Assembly: GCF_964213995.1 (NCBI RefSeq)
Contig: NW_027590142.1
Coordinates: forward strand, 186,001-250,000
Direction of reading: 5' to 3'
Length of the DNA: 64,000 nt
DNA from: Mustelus asterias
Lineage: Eukaryota
Shown: piece by piece, positions 37,951 to 50,690 of the stretch
How the letters are laid out: each line of letters starts with the position of its first letter
Numbering within the stretch: position 1 is the stretch's first letter
The notes under the pieces: model-generated
The model's input: only the letters and a program-made list of their open reading frames with translations
The model's database searches: none
Told to the model about the DNA's origin: nothing
Position numbers and translations under genes: made by a program

Positions 37951-38623
37951 AACTCCTGCAAAAGGAGATTACAAGAGTCAGGTGTCAATGTGGCTTGAAA
38001 TTAAGAAATACACGTTTTTGGGGCTTTGAGATTGCTGTAAAAATCCTCTTTTTCTAACCATCTGTAAAAGGAGATTCCAAAATCACAGAATCTCTGCAGT
38101 GCAGAAGGAGGCCTTTCAGCCCTTTGAGTCTGCACCAGGTTTCTAACAGAGCACCTTTACTCAGGCCCTATCCCTGTAACCTGATGTACGTACATCACTA
38201 ATCCTTTCTTTCCCCCTCATCTTGAGACACAAAGGGACAATTTAGCATGGTCGATCAACCCACTCTTTAGAGTGTGGGAGGAAACCAGAGCACCCAGAGG
38301 AAACCCACACAGACAGGGGGAGAATGTGCAAACTCCATACAATCACCGAGGCTGGAATTGAACCGGGTCTCTGGCGCTTTGAGACAGAAGTGCTAACAAC
38401 TGTGTCACACCCAACAGTCATTTGTCAGACCTGAATATAAATCCATAACATTCTCTCCTCCTGTTTTCTAGCATAAGATTACTTCAGATGGAATATACTT
38501 ACATTGGAAGCAATTCAGACAAGGTTCACGAGCTGATTTCGGGCATGAAGGGGTCTGTTTTATGAGGAAAGGTTAGGCAGGGTACATCTGTGCTCATTGG
38601 ATTTTAGATAAATGAGATGTGAT

Positions 38624-39040
38624 TGTTGGAGTGAAATTAAGACTGTGACCTTTGAAAGTTAATGCGTACGTGACTACAGGCTGCACCAGCACTTATCCTG
38701 TGGATAACAAAGATTCTGTTGCTGACTCAATAACAAACTAACCTTTGAGCTACATCCTGTTATTGCATAAAAAATACGGAACAGACAAAAAAAACCAGAC
38801 CGCGAGGTCCAGATGGTCAGCTTAGCTTCAGATAAAGCGGAACTGAAACTTGTTTTTGAAGGAATGTGATTGGAGGTCAATTGTTGCGAGGGGAGCCCAA
38901 TTGGCTAAGTACATGTGACCACCCAAAGCTAATGACGAAGTAACCGCTAATGTCTGTATGATCAAAGTGTATAAAAGACGGCGAGCCGCCGCCCCAAATT
39001 GAGAAGGTGAAAGGCAGCATCCATGAACCCGGCCTGTCAG
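38624..39040 (+). repeat. LTR-like fragment with TATA box
   Basis: Begins TGTTGG at the break of a CR1 piece; TATAAAA at 38970-38976; no matching CA end found. Confidence 0.4.
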
Positions 39041-39059
39041 TCAATGACTCAAACATTGT

Positions 39060-39400
39060 CTCTCCTGGTCACCCAAATCCTGCAGCTCCGCCCACTGGCC
39101 GCGCATGCGCTCTGCTCCCCGCTAAACAAAGATGGCGGCCGCGGCACTGGGTCTGATCCCGGATAAAATCCCCGGAGCTGCAAACCCAGGACCGGAAGGC
39201 TCTTATTCAGGCCTTGCAGCCTACAGCAGATGTTTATGAAGCCTCTGTTCCCTCCCCACCCCGGCTCCCGGCTCCATTCCTCCCTCCGCCCCACCGATTC
39301 TCACCCCTTGAAATAAGCATCTCCACACTCGCAGGGCTCCGAGCAAAGTGGCACTGCGCATGCCCCAGATACAACGTTGCGCCTGCGTACTGGGCTCCTG
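39060..39400. promoter_or_regulatory. CpG-island promoter, probably of the 33.4-34.7 kb ZNF gene
   Basis: GC/CpG-rich; NRF1-type GCGCATGCGC at 39101-39110 and TGCGCATGC near 39355; YY1-type AAGATGGCGGC near 39129. Confidence 0.7.
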
Positions 39401-41049
39401 TGGAGTGAATAGGGCACTTTCACACCCGCAAAGGATGCTGGGTAATAACAGCCATTGAAACCTCATACAGTTAATTCAAAATAACATTGTTAGCATTTGA
39501 GGTAAATTAATGAAATATTGAGAATTGGTGATCTGCTGTGCTCCATTTCTCAAAGTTCTGCTGCAGGACCATGCAATGGTTTCAAAGCTTTTATACCGTT
39601 TCCCCTCTCACTCCTTTTATGGCACTGATTCTGGCTGGGTTCAATCGCACAGTCACTGGTTCTTCTCTCTGTCCCTGATACTGAATATTCACTCTTTTCG
39701 AGAATGATACAGCGCAAATAGAAACCATTTGGCCCATTATGTCTCTGCTGGCTCTCTGGAAGATCTATTCAATTAATTCCACAGCCCAGCTGGTAGAGTC
39801 AGAACAATGCATATCTGCTGTAGTAATCTGAGACCTTAATGGAAAAGGGTTTCCACAGTTAAGCATATCAGGTGCCTGGTAGAATTTAGTTGAATGTTTC
39901 TGCAGATCCCATATACTGCAGTGACATTATCCGAAAGGGCCAAGGGAGTATTCCAGTGTGTTAACCAGAATACTCTAGGGCACAACCTCAGGCGAAAGAG
40001 GGCACAACCTCAGGCTAAAGGGACAATCCTTTAAACAGAGATTAGGAGGAATTTCTTCAGCCAGAGATTGGTGAATCTGTGGAACTCTTTGCCACAGAAG
40101 GCTGTGGAGGCCAGGTCATTGAGTGTCTTTAAGACAGAGATAGATAGGTTCTTGATTAATAAGGGGATCAGGGGTTATGTGGAAAAGGCAGGAGAATAGG
40201 GATGAGAAAAGTATCAGCCATGATTAAATGGCGGAGCAGACTCGATGGGCTGAGTGGCCTAATTCTGCTCCTATGTCTCATGGTCTTATGGCTAAGAGTG
40301 GATGAATTTGGAATTACAAAGAAAAGGCATTCATATCCTGAATTTTCATAATTATCACTTGTCTGGGATGTTTCAGTCTGAAAGAATCCCATGTACTTGT
40401 CAGGTGAGAGGTCGTGTCCAAATGACCTGAGAAAGACAAATCACTGTTAGATTGCACTGGGGTTTATGTGATCAGGTTTTGGTTTTATGAACAAGGTCTG
40501 TATCAGACTGGAGCTGTGTCTTTGATTCTCCACAACAGTTGTAGTATCCTTACTAAATATCCACCACAATCACAACAGTCCGGAAGACTGAGGTTATTGT
40601 GATCACAGCCCTTCAAATTGGATGCACAAATTCTTTCCCACATGGAGCAGATGAATGGCCTTTTCCCTATGTGTGTACATTGAGGAGGCAGTGGCATAGT
40701 GATATTGTCACTGGAGCAGTAACCCAGAGACCCAGGGCAATGTTCTGACCATGAAACCATTGCTGATTGCTCACTAACATCCTCTGGGGAAGGAAATCTG
40801 CTGTCCCTCTCCCCACCCTATACCCGTAATCCCATACATTTAGCATGGCCATTCCACCTCGCCTGCACATCTTTGGAGTGTGGAAGAAACCGGAGCACAC
40901 GGAGGAAATCCACACAGACACAGAAAGAATATGCTTGCTCCACACAGGTTGAAATTGAACTCAGATGTCTGGATCTGTGAGGCAGCAGTGCGAACCACCA
41001 TGCCACCTTGCTGCCCAAATAGGAGACCAAAAGTCTCCTTGGGAGACAC

Positions 41050-41500
41050 CAAGTTCAAAGACTTTGGAGAGGAAAGGGAGGCTGGAGATGGGGCCATAAT
41101 TTGCAAGCAAAGTGGGATCAAAAGGGTTATTTTTCAGAAAGGGTGATATTTGTGTATTTAAAAGTGAGAGGAACAAAACCAGAAGAGAGGGAGAGAATCA
41201 TTAACAATATCAGCCAATATGGGGAAGTTGGATGGTCAGCAATTTAGTGGAAATAGAGTCAGGGCAAAACAGGAAAGAAACTGTTGAAAGATGTGGGTTC
41301 GGGGCTCAGACAGGGAGAGGCTTTAGATACATTAGTTTGGCTCAGTGGGAGGGTGGAAGAGAGGGAAGCAGCAGGGGCAGCTGAATGGGTTGGCTCAATC
41401 CTAGTAACAAAGAAGCTCCATGACTTCATCACACTTTTTGTTGGGGGTCAGGATGGAGGAGACAGGGGAGAGGGAGAGCCATTCGAAAGGAATGGACTTG
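41050..41500 (-). mobile_element. L2 LINE RT fragment
   Basis: LKNNPFDPTLLANYGPISSLPFLSKVFE. Confidence 0.7.
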
Positions 41501-41675
41501 ATGAGAGAATAAAAAGTTTCAACAGATTGTTTGTTTAACATAAAAGCAGATTTATTTGACTTTCATCCAGGACATTAGTATTTATTTGTGGGCTCAAATT
41601 TATTTACATCAGAGGTGAATGACCACAATCAACATGTTTGTGATTTGTGATAAACAGCAGAATCAAACTCCAGCA

Positions 41676-42624
41676 GTCACTTGTCAACTCGCTGATGGCT
41701 CAACAGGTTGTATTTCTGAGTGAATCCCTTTCCACGTTTGGAGCAGGTGAACGGCCTCTCCCCAGTGTGAATTCACTGGTGTTCAGTGAGTTGAGATGAC
41801 CACCTGAACCCAGTTCCACAGTGAGAGCACCTGAGCGGTCTCTCATCAGTGTGAACACGTTGATGGAACATTAGTTCCCTGGAACCTCGGCAGCACTTCT
41901 CGCAGTCTGGGCATCAACACGTTGATGGAACATCACTTCCTTTAAACTTTTATAGCACTTGTCACATTCTGGACATTTAAATGGTCTTTCCTGTGTGTGA
42001 ACTCGCTGGTGTGTCTGCAGGGTAGATGACTGAGTGAATCCCTTCCCACACTCGGAGCAGGTGAATGGCCTCTCTCCCTTGTGAACCCGCTGGTGTCTCA
42101 GCAGGTTGAATGACTGCGTGAATCGCATCCCACATTCAGAGCAGGTGAATGGCTTCTCCCCAGTGTGAGTGCGCTGGTGTGTCAGCAGGTTAGATGATTG
42201 AGTGAATCCCTTTCCACACTCGGAGCAGATAAATGGCCTCTCTCCAGTGTGAACTCGCTGGTGTGTCAGCAGGGTGGATGACTGAGTGAATCCTCTCCCA
42301 CACTCAGAGCAGGTGAACAGCCTCTCCCCAGTGTTACTGTATTGGTGAATTTCCAGCTCAGACAGGTCTCTGAATCCTTCCCCACATTTCCACGGTTTCT
42401 CCTCAGTGTGACTGCACTTGTGTCTTGACAGGCCAGATGATTGTCTGAATCCTTGTCCACACACAGGACACGTGTACAGTTTTGCCCCATTGTGAACGGT
42501 GCTTTTTCCTTCCATGCTCAAGGTTCAGTTATATTCAGGTTACCATAAATTGGGCGACTCAGTCAGATCCTGATGTGATGTTTGGTTTGAGTTTCCCGAC
42601 TGCAAATCCTCCCCTTCCAAATCT
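41676..42624 (-). pseudogene. C2H2 zinc-finger gene exon: about 7 fingers in ORF 41871..42521 plus 2 frameshifted fingers
   Basis: HTGE(K/R)[15 protein letters not shown] repeats; finger 2 lacks a Cys; duplicated MFHQRV segment with frameshift; acceptor TTCACAG at 42625. Confidence 0.88.
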
Positions 42625-43224
42625 CTGTGAAATTGATTTAAAACAGTGAAAAAGGAGTGAGAGAGATCCCACAAAAACACAAAGGCAGGTTGTGAAATTG
42701 AGCTGGATGAATCTGGTCATTTGTGGGGCCGGCACCAGGAAAAAGTTACCATGGAAACTGCTGGATTGTCATAAAACCTCAACTGGTTCACTAATGCCTT
42801 TCAGGGAAGGGAATCTGCCATCCAGTCTGGGTCTACACAAGGCTCTGGCCTCAATGGATGGAGAGAGAGGTGGGGGCAAAGGAGGGACTTTATGTATCTA
42901 CAACTCAACCAGTGGTTTGAACCTTAAAACCGTTAACCTGCACACCGAGAAGGATCAGGGTAAGAGGTGCATGTGAACACCATCATCTCCAAATTCCCTC
43001 CAATTTCACACACCATCCTCCCTTGTCTGACATCCAGGACTGGATGAGCAGTAATTGCCTTTGTTAAATATTGGAAGATGAAGGCTATCATCTTCAGCCC
43101 TGCAACAAATTCCACTTCCTAACCACTGACTCCATCTGTCCCCATTGCAACTGTCTGAGGCTGAACCGGAATATTCACAACCTCAGTGACATGTTTCACT
43201 TCAAACTGAGCTTCTAAACATATC

Positions 43225-44020
43225 CTCATAGAATCGACAGCACGGAGACAGGCCCTTCGGCCCAAACTGGTCCATGCCCACCAAAAATGCCCATGTGAGC
43301 TAACTCCATTTGGCCCATAACCCTCTAAACCTTTCCTATCCATGGATCTGTCCAAATGCCTTGTAAATGTTGACAATCTCCCTGCCTCAACCACTTCCTC
43401 CGGCAGCTCATTCCACATACGTACCACCCTCTGTGTAAAAAAGCTGCTCCTCAGGTTCCCATTCATTCTTTCTCCTCTTAACTTAAACTTATGCCCTCTA
43501 ATTCTTAATTCCCCAACCCTGGGAAAAAGACTGAGTGCATTCAACCTATCCATGCCTCTCATGATCTTACACACCTCTATAAGATCACCCCTCAGTCTCC
43601 TACGCTCCAAAGAAAAACGTCCTAACTCATCCAATCTCTCCCTATAACTTGAGTCCTGGCAACATCCTTGTAAATCTCTTCTGCACTCTCTCCAGTTTAG
43701 TAACATCTTTCCAAATCAAGGTGACCAAAACTGAGCACAATATCCCAGGTGCAGCCTCACCAAAGTCCTGTACAACTGCAACATAACTTCCCAACTTCTA
43801 TACTCAATGCCCTGACTGATAAAGGCCAGCATGTCAAAAGCCTTCTTCACTGCCCTATCTACACGTGACGCCATCTTAAGAGAACCGTGCACCTGAACTC
43901 CAAGGTCCCTCTGTTCCACGATACTCTCCGAGGTCCTCCCATTCACCGTGAAAGTTCTACCTTGGTTTGACATTCCATGATGCAACACCTCACACTGATC
44001 TGTATTTAACTCCATTTGCC
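43225..44020 (-). mobile_element. Degenerate CR1 LINE 3' fragment
   Basis: LYRTLVRLHLGYCAQFWSP, FFTQRVV. Confidence 0.9.
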
Positions 44021-44104
44021 ACATCACCACCTACACTACCTATTTCCATCTCAGTGACATCGCCCCACTTTGTCCTTGGCCTCAGCTCACCTGCTGCTGA
44101 AACC

Positions 44105-46590
44105 AGGTGGAGGAAGAAATTGCTAAGCAGATTATGGATAGGTGTGGGGGTCACAGGGTAGTTGTCATGGGGGACTTTAACTTTCCAAATATTGATTGGA
44201 ACCTTTGTAGGTCAAATAGTTCGGATGGGGCAATTTTTGTGCAGAGTGTGCAGGAGGGTTTCCTGACACAATATGTGGATAGGCCGACAAGAGGTGGGGC
44301 CACATTGGATTTGGTACTGGGAAATGAACCGGGCCAAGTGTTAGATTTGGTTGTGGGAGAGCACTTTGGAGATAGTGACCACAATTCGGTGTCTTTTGTT
44401 ATTGCAATGGAGAGGGATAGGGCCGTACGGCAGGGCAAGGTTTATAATTGAGGGAGAGGTAATTATGATGCAATTAGGCAAGAATTAGGGGGCATAAGAT
44501 GGGAACAGAAACTGTCAGGGAAAGGAACTAATGAAAAGTGGAACTTTTTCAAGGAACAAATACTGTGTGTCCTTGATAGGTATGTCCCTGTCAGGCAGGG
44601 AGGAAATGGCCGAGTGAGGGAACCATGGTTCACAAAAGAGGTGGAATGTCTTGCAAAAAGGAAGATGGAAGCTTATGAGAAAACAAGGTTCAGATGGTTC
44701 GATTGAGGGTTACAAGTTAGCAAGGAATGAGCTGAAAAAGGGGCTTAGGAGAGCTAGGAGGGGGCATGAGAAGTCCTTGGCGGGTCGGATCAAGGAAAAT
44801 CCCAAGGCTTTTTACTCTTATGTGAGGAATAAAAGAATGACCAGGGTGAGGTTAGGGACGGTTAAGGACAGTAGTGGGAACTTGTGTATGGAGTCAGTAG
44901 AGATAGAAGAGGTGATGAATGAATACTTTTCTTCAGTGTTCACCAAGGAGAGGGGTCATGTTTTTGAGGAAGAGAAGGTGTTACAGGCTAATCGGCTGGA
45001 GGAAGTAGATGTTCGGCAGGAGGGTGTACTCGCAGTTTTGAATAAACTGAAGGTCGATAAGTCCCCTGGGCCTGATGAAATATATCCTAGGATTCTTTGG
45101 GAGGCAAGGGATGAGATTGCAGAGCCTATGGCTTTGATCTTTGGGTCCTCACTGTCCACGGGGATGGTGCCAGAGGACTGGAGAGTGGCGAATGTTGTTC
45201 CTCTCTTTAAGAAAGGGAATAGAAATGACCCTGGTAATTATAGACCGGTTAGTCTTACTTCGGTGGTTGGTAAGTTGATGGAAAAGGTCCTTAGGGATGG
45301 GATTTACGACCATTTAGAAAGATGCAGATTAATCCGGGATAGTCAGCACGGATTCGTGAAGGGCAAGTCGTGCCTCACAAATTTGATAGAATTTTTTGAG
45401 GAGGTAACTAAGTGTGTTGTCGAAGGTAGGGCAGTTGATGTCAGAAACATGGATTTTAGTAAGGCGTTTGATAAGGTCCCCCATGGTCAGCTTATGATGA
45501 AAGTAAGGAGGTTGGGATAGAGGGAAAGTTGGCTGATTGGATAGGTAACTGGCTGTCTGATCGAAGACAGAGGGTGGTGGTGAATGGAAAATTTTCGGAC
45601 TGGAGGCAGGTTGCTAGCGGAGTGCCACAGGGATTAGTGCTTGGTCCTCTGCTATTTGTGATTATTATTAATGACCGAGAGGAGGGGGCTGAAGGGTGGA
45701 TCAGTAAATTTGCTGATGACACCAAGATTGGTGGAGTAGTGGATGAGGTGGAGGGCTGTTATAGACTGTAAAGAGACATAGATAGGATGCAAAGCTGGGC
45801 TGAAAAATGGCAGATGGAGTTTAACCCTGATAAATGTGAGGTTTTTCATTTTGGTAGGACAAATTTAAGTGTGGATTACAGGGTCAAAGGTAGGGTTCTG
45901 AAGACTGTGGAGGAACAGAGAGATCTTGGGGTCCATATCCACAGATCTCTGAAGGTTGCCACTCAAATGGATAGAGCTGTGAAGAAGGCCTATAGTGTGT
46001 TAGCTTTTATTAACAGGGGGTTGGAGTTTAAGAGCCGTGGGGTTATGCTGCAACTGTACAGGACCTTGGTGAGACCACATTTGGAATATTGTGTGCAGTT
46101 CTGGTCACCTCACTATAAGAAGGATGTGGAAGCGCTGGAAAGAGTGCAGAGGAGATTTACCAGGATGCTGCCTGGTTTGGAGGGTAGGTCTTATGAGGAA
46201 AGGTTGAGGGAGCTGGGGCAGTTCTCTCTGGAGCGGAGGAGGCTGAGGGGAGACTTAATAGAGGTTTATAAAATGATGAAGGGGATAGAGTGAACGTTCA
46301 AACACTATTTCCTCGGGTGGATGGAGCTATTACAAGCGGGCATAACTATAGGGTTCATGGTGGGAGATATAGGAAGGATATCAGAGGTAGGTTCTTTATG
46401 CAGAGAGTGGTTGGGGTGTGGAATGGACTTCCTGCAGTGATAGTGGAGTCAGACACTTTAGGAACATATAAGCGGTTATTGGATAGGCACATGGAGCACA
46501 CCAGGATGATAGGGAGTGGGATAGCTTGATCTTGGTTTCAGATAAAGCTCAGCACAGCATCGTGGGCCGAAGGGCCTGTTCTATGTTCGA
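44105..46590 (+). mobile_element. CR1 LINE family A (endonuclease end to 3' UTR), frameshifted
   Basis: MGDFNFP, SDHN, KSPGPDE, GVPQG and KFADDTK across several ORF pieces. Confidence 0.95.
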
Positions 46591-47340
46591 TGTATGACTT
46601 ACTCAGTTAATGGTATGTGTTGGGGAGTGTTACAGAACAGAGAGATCTAAGGGTACATGTTCATAGCTCCTTGAAAGTGGAGTCACAGGTGGACAGAGTG
46701 GTGAAGAAGGCATTCGGCATGCTTGGTTTCATTGGTCAGAACATTGAATACAGGAGTTGGGACATCTTGTTGAAGTTGTACAAGACATTGGTAAGGCCAC
46801 ACTTGGAATACTATGTACAGTTCTGGTCACCCTATTATAGAAAGGATATTATTAAACTAGAAAGAGTGCAGAAGAGATTTATTAGAATGCTACCAGACTT
46901 GATGGTTTGAGTTAGGAGAGGCTGGATAGACTGGGACTTTTTTCTCTTGGGATGAGGAGGCTGAGGGTGATGTTATAGAGGCCTATAAAATAATGAGGGG
47001 CATAGATCAGCTAGATAGTCAATATCTTTTCCCAAAGGTAGGGGAGTCTAAAACTAGGGGGCATAGGTTTAAGGTGAGAGGGGAAGATAGAAAAATGTCC
47101 AAAGGGGCAATTGTTTCACACAGAGGGTGGTGAGTGTCTGGAACAAGCTGCCAGAGGTAGTAGTAGAGGGGGTACAGTTTTGTATTTTAAAAAGCATTGA
47201 GACAGTTACATGGGTAAAATGGGTATAGAGGGATATGGGCGAAATGCGGACAATTGGGACTAGCTCAGGGGTTTTAAAAATAGGATGGCATGGACAAGTT
47301 GGGCCGAAGGATCTGTTTCCATGCTGTAAACCTCTATGCC
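46591..47340 (+). mobile_element. CR1 LINE family B 3' fragment
   Basis: LYKTLVRPHLEYYVQFWSPYYRKD; 3' UTR matches 55010-55127 inverted. Confidence 0.9.
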
Positions 47341-47732
47341 CGTTTGCCCTGGATCAAACTGACACCCAGGAACTCCCAAATGCTGCAGCTTGAATGTGTA
47401 CTAATAAACTATTTCTTTTATCCAATGGTAATTTATTTTTGTTTTTAAGTATTTTATTAACCTTACCACCTGTTGCTATACTATTTTGATCCTTAGGAAC
47501 AGAATAAATCTTAGTCACTTAGCAGATACTCACCAAAAATCTGGCTTCTTCTCCTGTAGAAGAGTAAGATCACTTCCTAAAGGCTGAGAAAGTTAGAAAG
47601 CACAACAGCACCTCTTTTCCTTCCTTCCCTAACTCCCTTAATTACCCAAGTCCCAGAACTCTATTCTAAACTGCACTCAAGTGATGCTGGTTCAGAGCTG
47701 TTTCTGAGCTGTAGATTCAATACAATACTCAC

Positions 47733-47886
47733 TTGCAGACATGGACATCAGTGCCTGTATGGGTCTCCAGGCCATCATGCACACCATCATGATAGGGAGG
47801 ATGGAGATGGTGTTGCCAGCCATGTACATGATGAACAGATTCATGGGCAGCTGTTTCAATGGGCCCAAGGCGATGTCCCAGCAGCA
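47733..47886 (-). CDS. EMC4: EMC4 (ER membrane complex subunit 4, TMEM85) coding exon 3, probably of a truncated paralog
   Basis: ttcag|[51 protein letters not shown]|gtgag; 154 bp, phase 0 to 1. Confidence 0.93.
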
Positions 47887-48092
47887 CTGAAAACAGAAAG
47901 TGAGCAGTGTATCAGTGAAGGGGGCCGGTTAGGGGAGGCCATATGCTGATCTTATCCCCAGGCCTGGAAGTTAGGATGATTATTAACCCTTTACCACATA
48001 GGGTGCTGTGGTTCACCAAGGTACTTCACCACCGTGGACAAACCAGGGGCGTTGTCAGCCACACACTAAAGACACATTCAAATCCAACTTAC

Positions 48093-48204
48093 TTTCTCGA
48101 CCAGGATACGGTCTGTTTCTTGGACGCAGATGTCCGGTAGCTGTTTGTCCGAATATGCGACTGGGCACATGGAGTCTCTGTGGCCACACTGTTGATCACG
48201 GCTC
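48093..48204 (-). CDS. EMC4: EMC4 coding exon 2
   Basis: catag|[37 protein letters not shown]|gtaag; 112 bp, phase 2 to 0. Confidence 0.92.
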
Positions 48205-48749
48205 CTATGAGAAACAGAAAACACAAATTGGTCACCCTTTCAAGGCCTTCTTTAAAGAGGGAGGCTCTCTGTTGAGGACCCCAACGTGGTGGCAATAGTG
48301 CCAGCATGAACTAAAGCTTGGGCAAACCTCAGACACACACTGCCATTGTGTCCACTGAACTGCCACGGGAATGGAGAGATGCAGAAGTGGATTTAGTGTC
48401 AATTGATAATCAGGGTGCCAATCCGCTTGCCCTCCATTTAGGGACAAAGCGACAAATCACCAGATGTACCAAATTGTATCTTGAAAACAAACTGTGGGAT
48501 ATTGAGAGAGATCCAGTGCAGCACCCGGCCCTGGAAACGAGCAATCGTTCTCCCAACCACCACCGCAGTTGGCACGTGACCAGGTGGAGGGGCTGAAACC
48601 AAGATGGCATCTCAGGGTCATGACCTGGGGAAAAGATGCCAAGTGGGGTCTGAGTGATTTCTGGGGGATTTGAGGGGCTGCTTTGTGCTGAGCAGCTCGG
48701 TGAGGGGTAAAAGAGACGTGAAAAACCCGGGGTTGGGAAGTTTTGAGTT

Positions 48750-49170
48750 GGTGTCACATCCCCAGGTCGCCTTCGCGGGAGAGGCGGGCCGACCCGGCTT
48801 GCCTCCTACTCGAGCCCCCGGCTCCCCGCGCGGCCTCCGCACCTGCTGCTGCTGTCGCTCAGGTTGCGCTCGAGTGTCCACTTGTGCCAGCGCGCGCTGT
48901 TGGCGAGCCCCGCCCCTGCCGCCATGGCAACGCCTGCCACCGTTAACCGTCCCCCCCCTTTCAAATCTGATTCCGATCCGGAGAAAAACCCGCGCGCTTC
49001 CGTCAACAAACCACACCCGCTGCAATGCGCATGTGCGATCCCAACCTCCTCAGCGTTCTGCGTACACCGCCCATTGCCCCGCCCCCCCACTTCGCCGCCA
49101 TCTTTGTTAAGGGCACATTGGTTCTTCATCTTCCGTCTAAACGGTGGACGTCTGCCCCACACAAAGATGG
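48750..49170 (-). promoter_or_regulatory. CpG-island promoter of the EMC4 copy
   Basis: CpG-rich; YY1-type AAGATGGCGGCG (minus, about 49093-49104); NRF1-like GCGCATGTGCG near 49027; GC boxes. Confidence 0.75.
48843..48925 (-). CDS. EMC4: EMC4 coding exon 1
   Basis: MAAGAGLANSARWHKWTLERNLSDSSS(R)|gtgcgg; phase 2, compatible with exon 2. Confidence 0.85.
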
Positions 49171-49559
49171 ACATCACTTAATATCAGAGATATTTAAAAT
49201 ATTGCTTTTATCGCTTCAACCGTAACGCCGCATAAAGCGTCAATAAAACCGAAAGGACCTTGTCTCCTCATTCAGCAACCAAAATCATAAGAATCCATTG
49301 TTAATAGGTTTCTCCACAGATGCCGCCAGGTCTGCTGAGTTTATCCAGTATTTTCAGTTTAAGTTTCCCAATTCCAACATCCGCAGTATTTTACTTTTAT
49401 TTCCTTCCAATTCTACCTCCAGTGCAACTGGATATCATGAGTAAAGCTACCACCAGGCTGAGCCTTCCGGGTGGAACAGTGGTTAGCATTGCTGCCTTAC
49501 AGTGCTTGGGACCTGGGTTCGATTCTTGCTTTGGGTGACTGTGTGGAGTCCACCCACTG

Positions 49560-50690
49560 TGGTTGACAGGGCTCCTGACTGTGTCCAACTCATGCCCCAG
49601 GCCACTGCTCGCACTCGCTCCCAGAAAGAGAACAGGGCTCCCCTTGTCCTCACTTTTTACCAGACCAGAAACCAGCCTCCGTGTTCAAAGTATCATCCTC
49701 CGCCATTGCTGCCAACTCCAGCATGAAGCCATTCCTCAACACATCTTCACCTCACCCCTCACACCCATCAGCATTCCACAAGGAAGGTTCTCTCTGGGAC
49801 ACCCTGGTCCACGCCTCCATCCCACCCAACATCCCATCCCCTACCCACAGCATCTTCCCATGCAATGGTAGAAGGTGCAGCAGCTGCCCCTTTACCTCCT
49901 CCCTGCTCACCATCCCAGGTCCTAAACACCCCTTTCAGGTGAAGCAGCGATTCACATGCATCTCCTTCAATCTGGTCTATTGCATTCGCTCCTCCCCATG
50001 AAGTCTACTCTCCTACATTGGAGAGACCAAACACAAACTGGGTGATCGCTTTGCTGAACACCTTCAGTCCGGCTGCAAGCAGGACCCAGAACTTCCAGTT
50101 CTTGCCACTTCAACACACCACCCTGCTCTCCTGTCCACATGTCCATCCTTGGCACTTTGCAATGTTTGAATGAACCCCAACGCAAACTGGAGGAACAGCG
50201 CCTCATCTTCCAATTGGACACTTTACAGCCTTCTGGAATAAACATTGAGTTCAATAACTTCAGAGCATGAACTCTCCCCGCCACCTTTATCCCCTTTCCA
50301 TTTATTTTATTTCATACTGTTTGTTCATTTCATCTCATTTACCCATTTTTATCATACTTCTTTTTCCATTTCTTCATTCCTGCTCTCCTTTTTGCCTCTC
50401 CCCCCCCCCCCGCCCCCCCACCACTGCCGCCGCCCCCCCCCCCCCCACACCCCCCCCACACGCCACTCCTCTTTCAGGGCAACTGCCTTAACCACCTTTA
50501 CCTCTGCTCTGCTATTCTGATCGTTTAATGGACATTTTTAGCATCTCTCTCAGCCATCTTTATCCTCATTTGCATTCCCTTTGTCCAATTACAGCACCCC
50601 CCTTCCACCCTTCCACCCATAATTTAAATCTTTTCTGCTTTTCTTTGCTCTTAGCTCTGATGAAGGGTCATCCAGACTTGAATCGTTGGC
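49560..50690 (+). mobile_element. Penelope-like element 3' fragment with GIY-YIG endonuclease
   Basis: NLVYCIR...YIGETKHKLGDRFAEHL...RKLEEQRLIFQLDTLQPSGIN; terminus CTGATGAAGGGTCATCCAGAC. Confidence 0.85.

Noticed and set aside
40560-40690. Third ZNF gene (THIGKRPFICSMW)
   Set aside because: Only a single degenerate finger remnant.
42521-47733. In-frame EMC4-ZNF fusion protein
   Set aside because: The phase-1 donor joined to the 42624 exon stops after 20 codons, and the ZNF frame has stops upstream of its ATG.
48618-49225. Several overlapping GC-rich ORFs
   Set aside because: Stop-poor CpG island; only the 83-nt EMC4 exon is supported.
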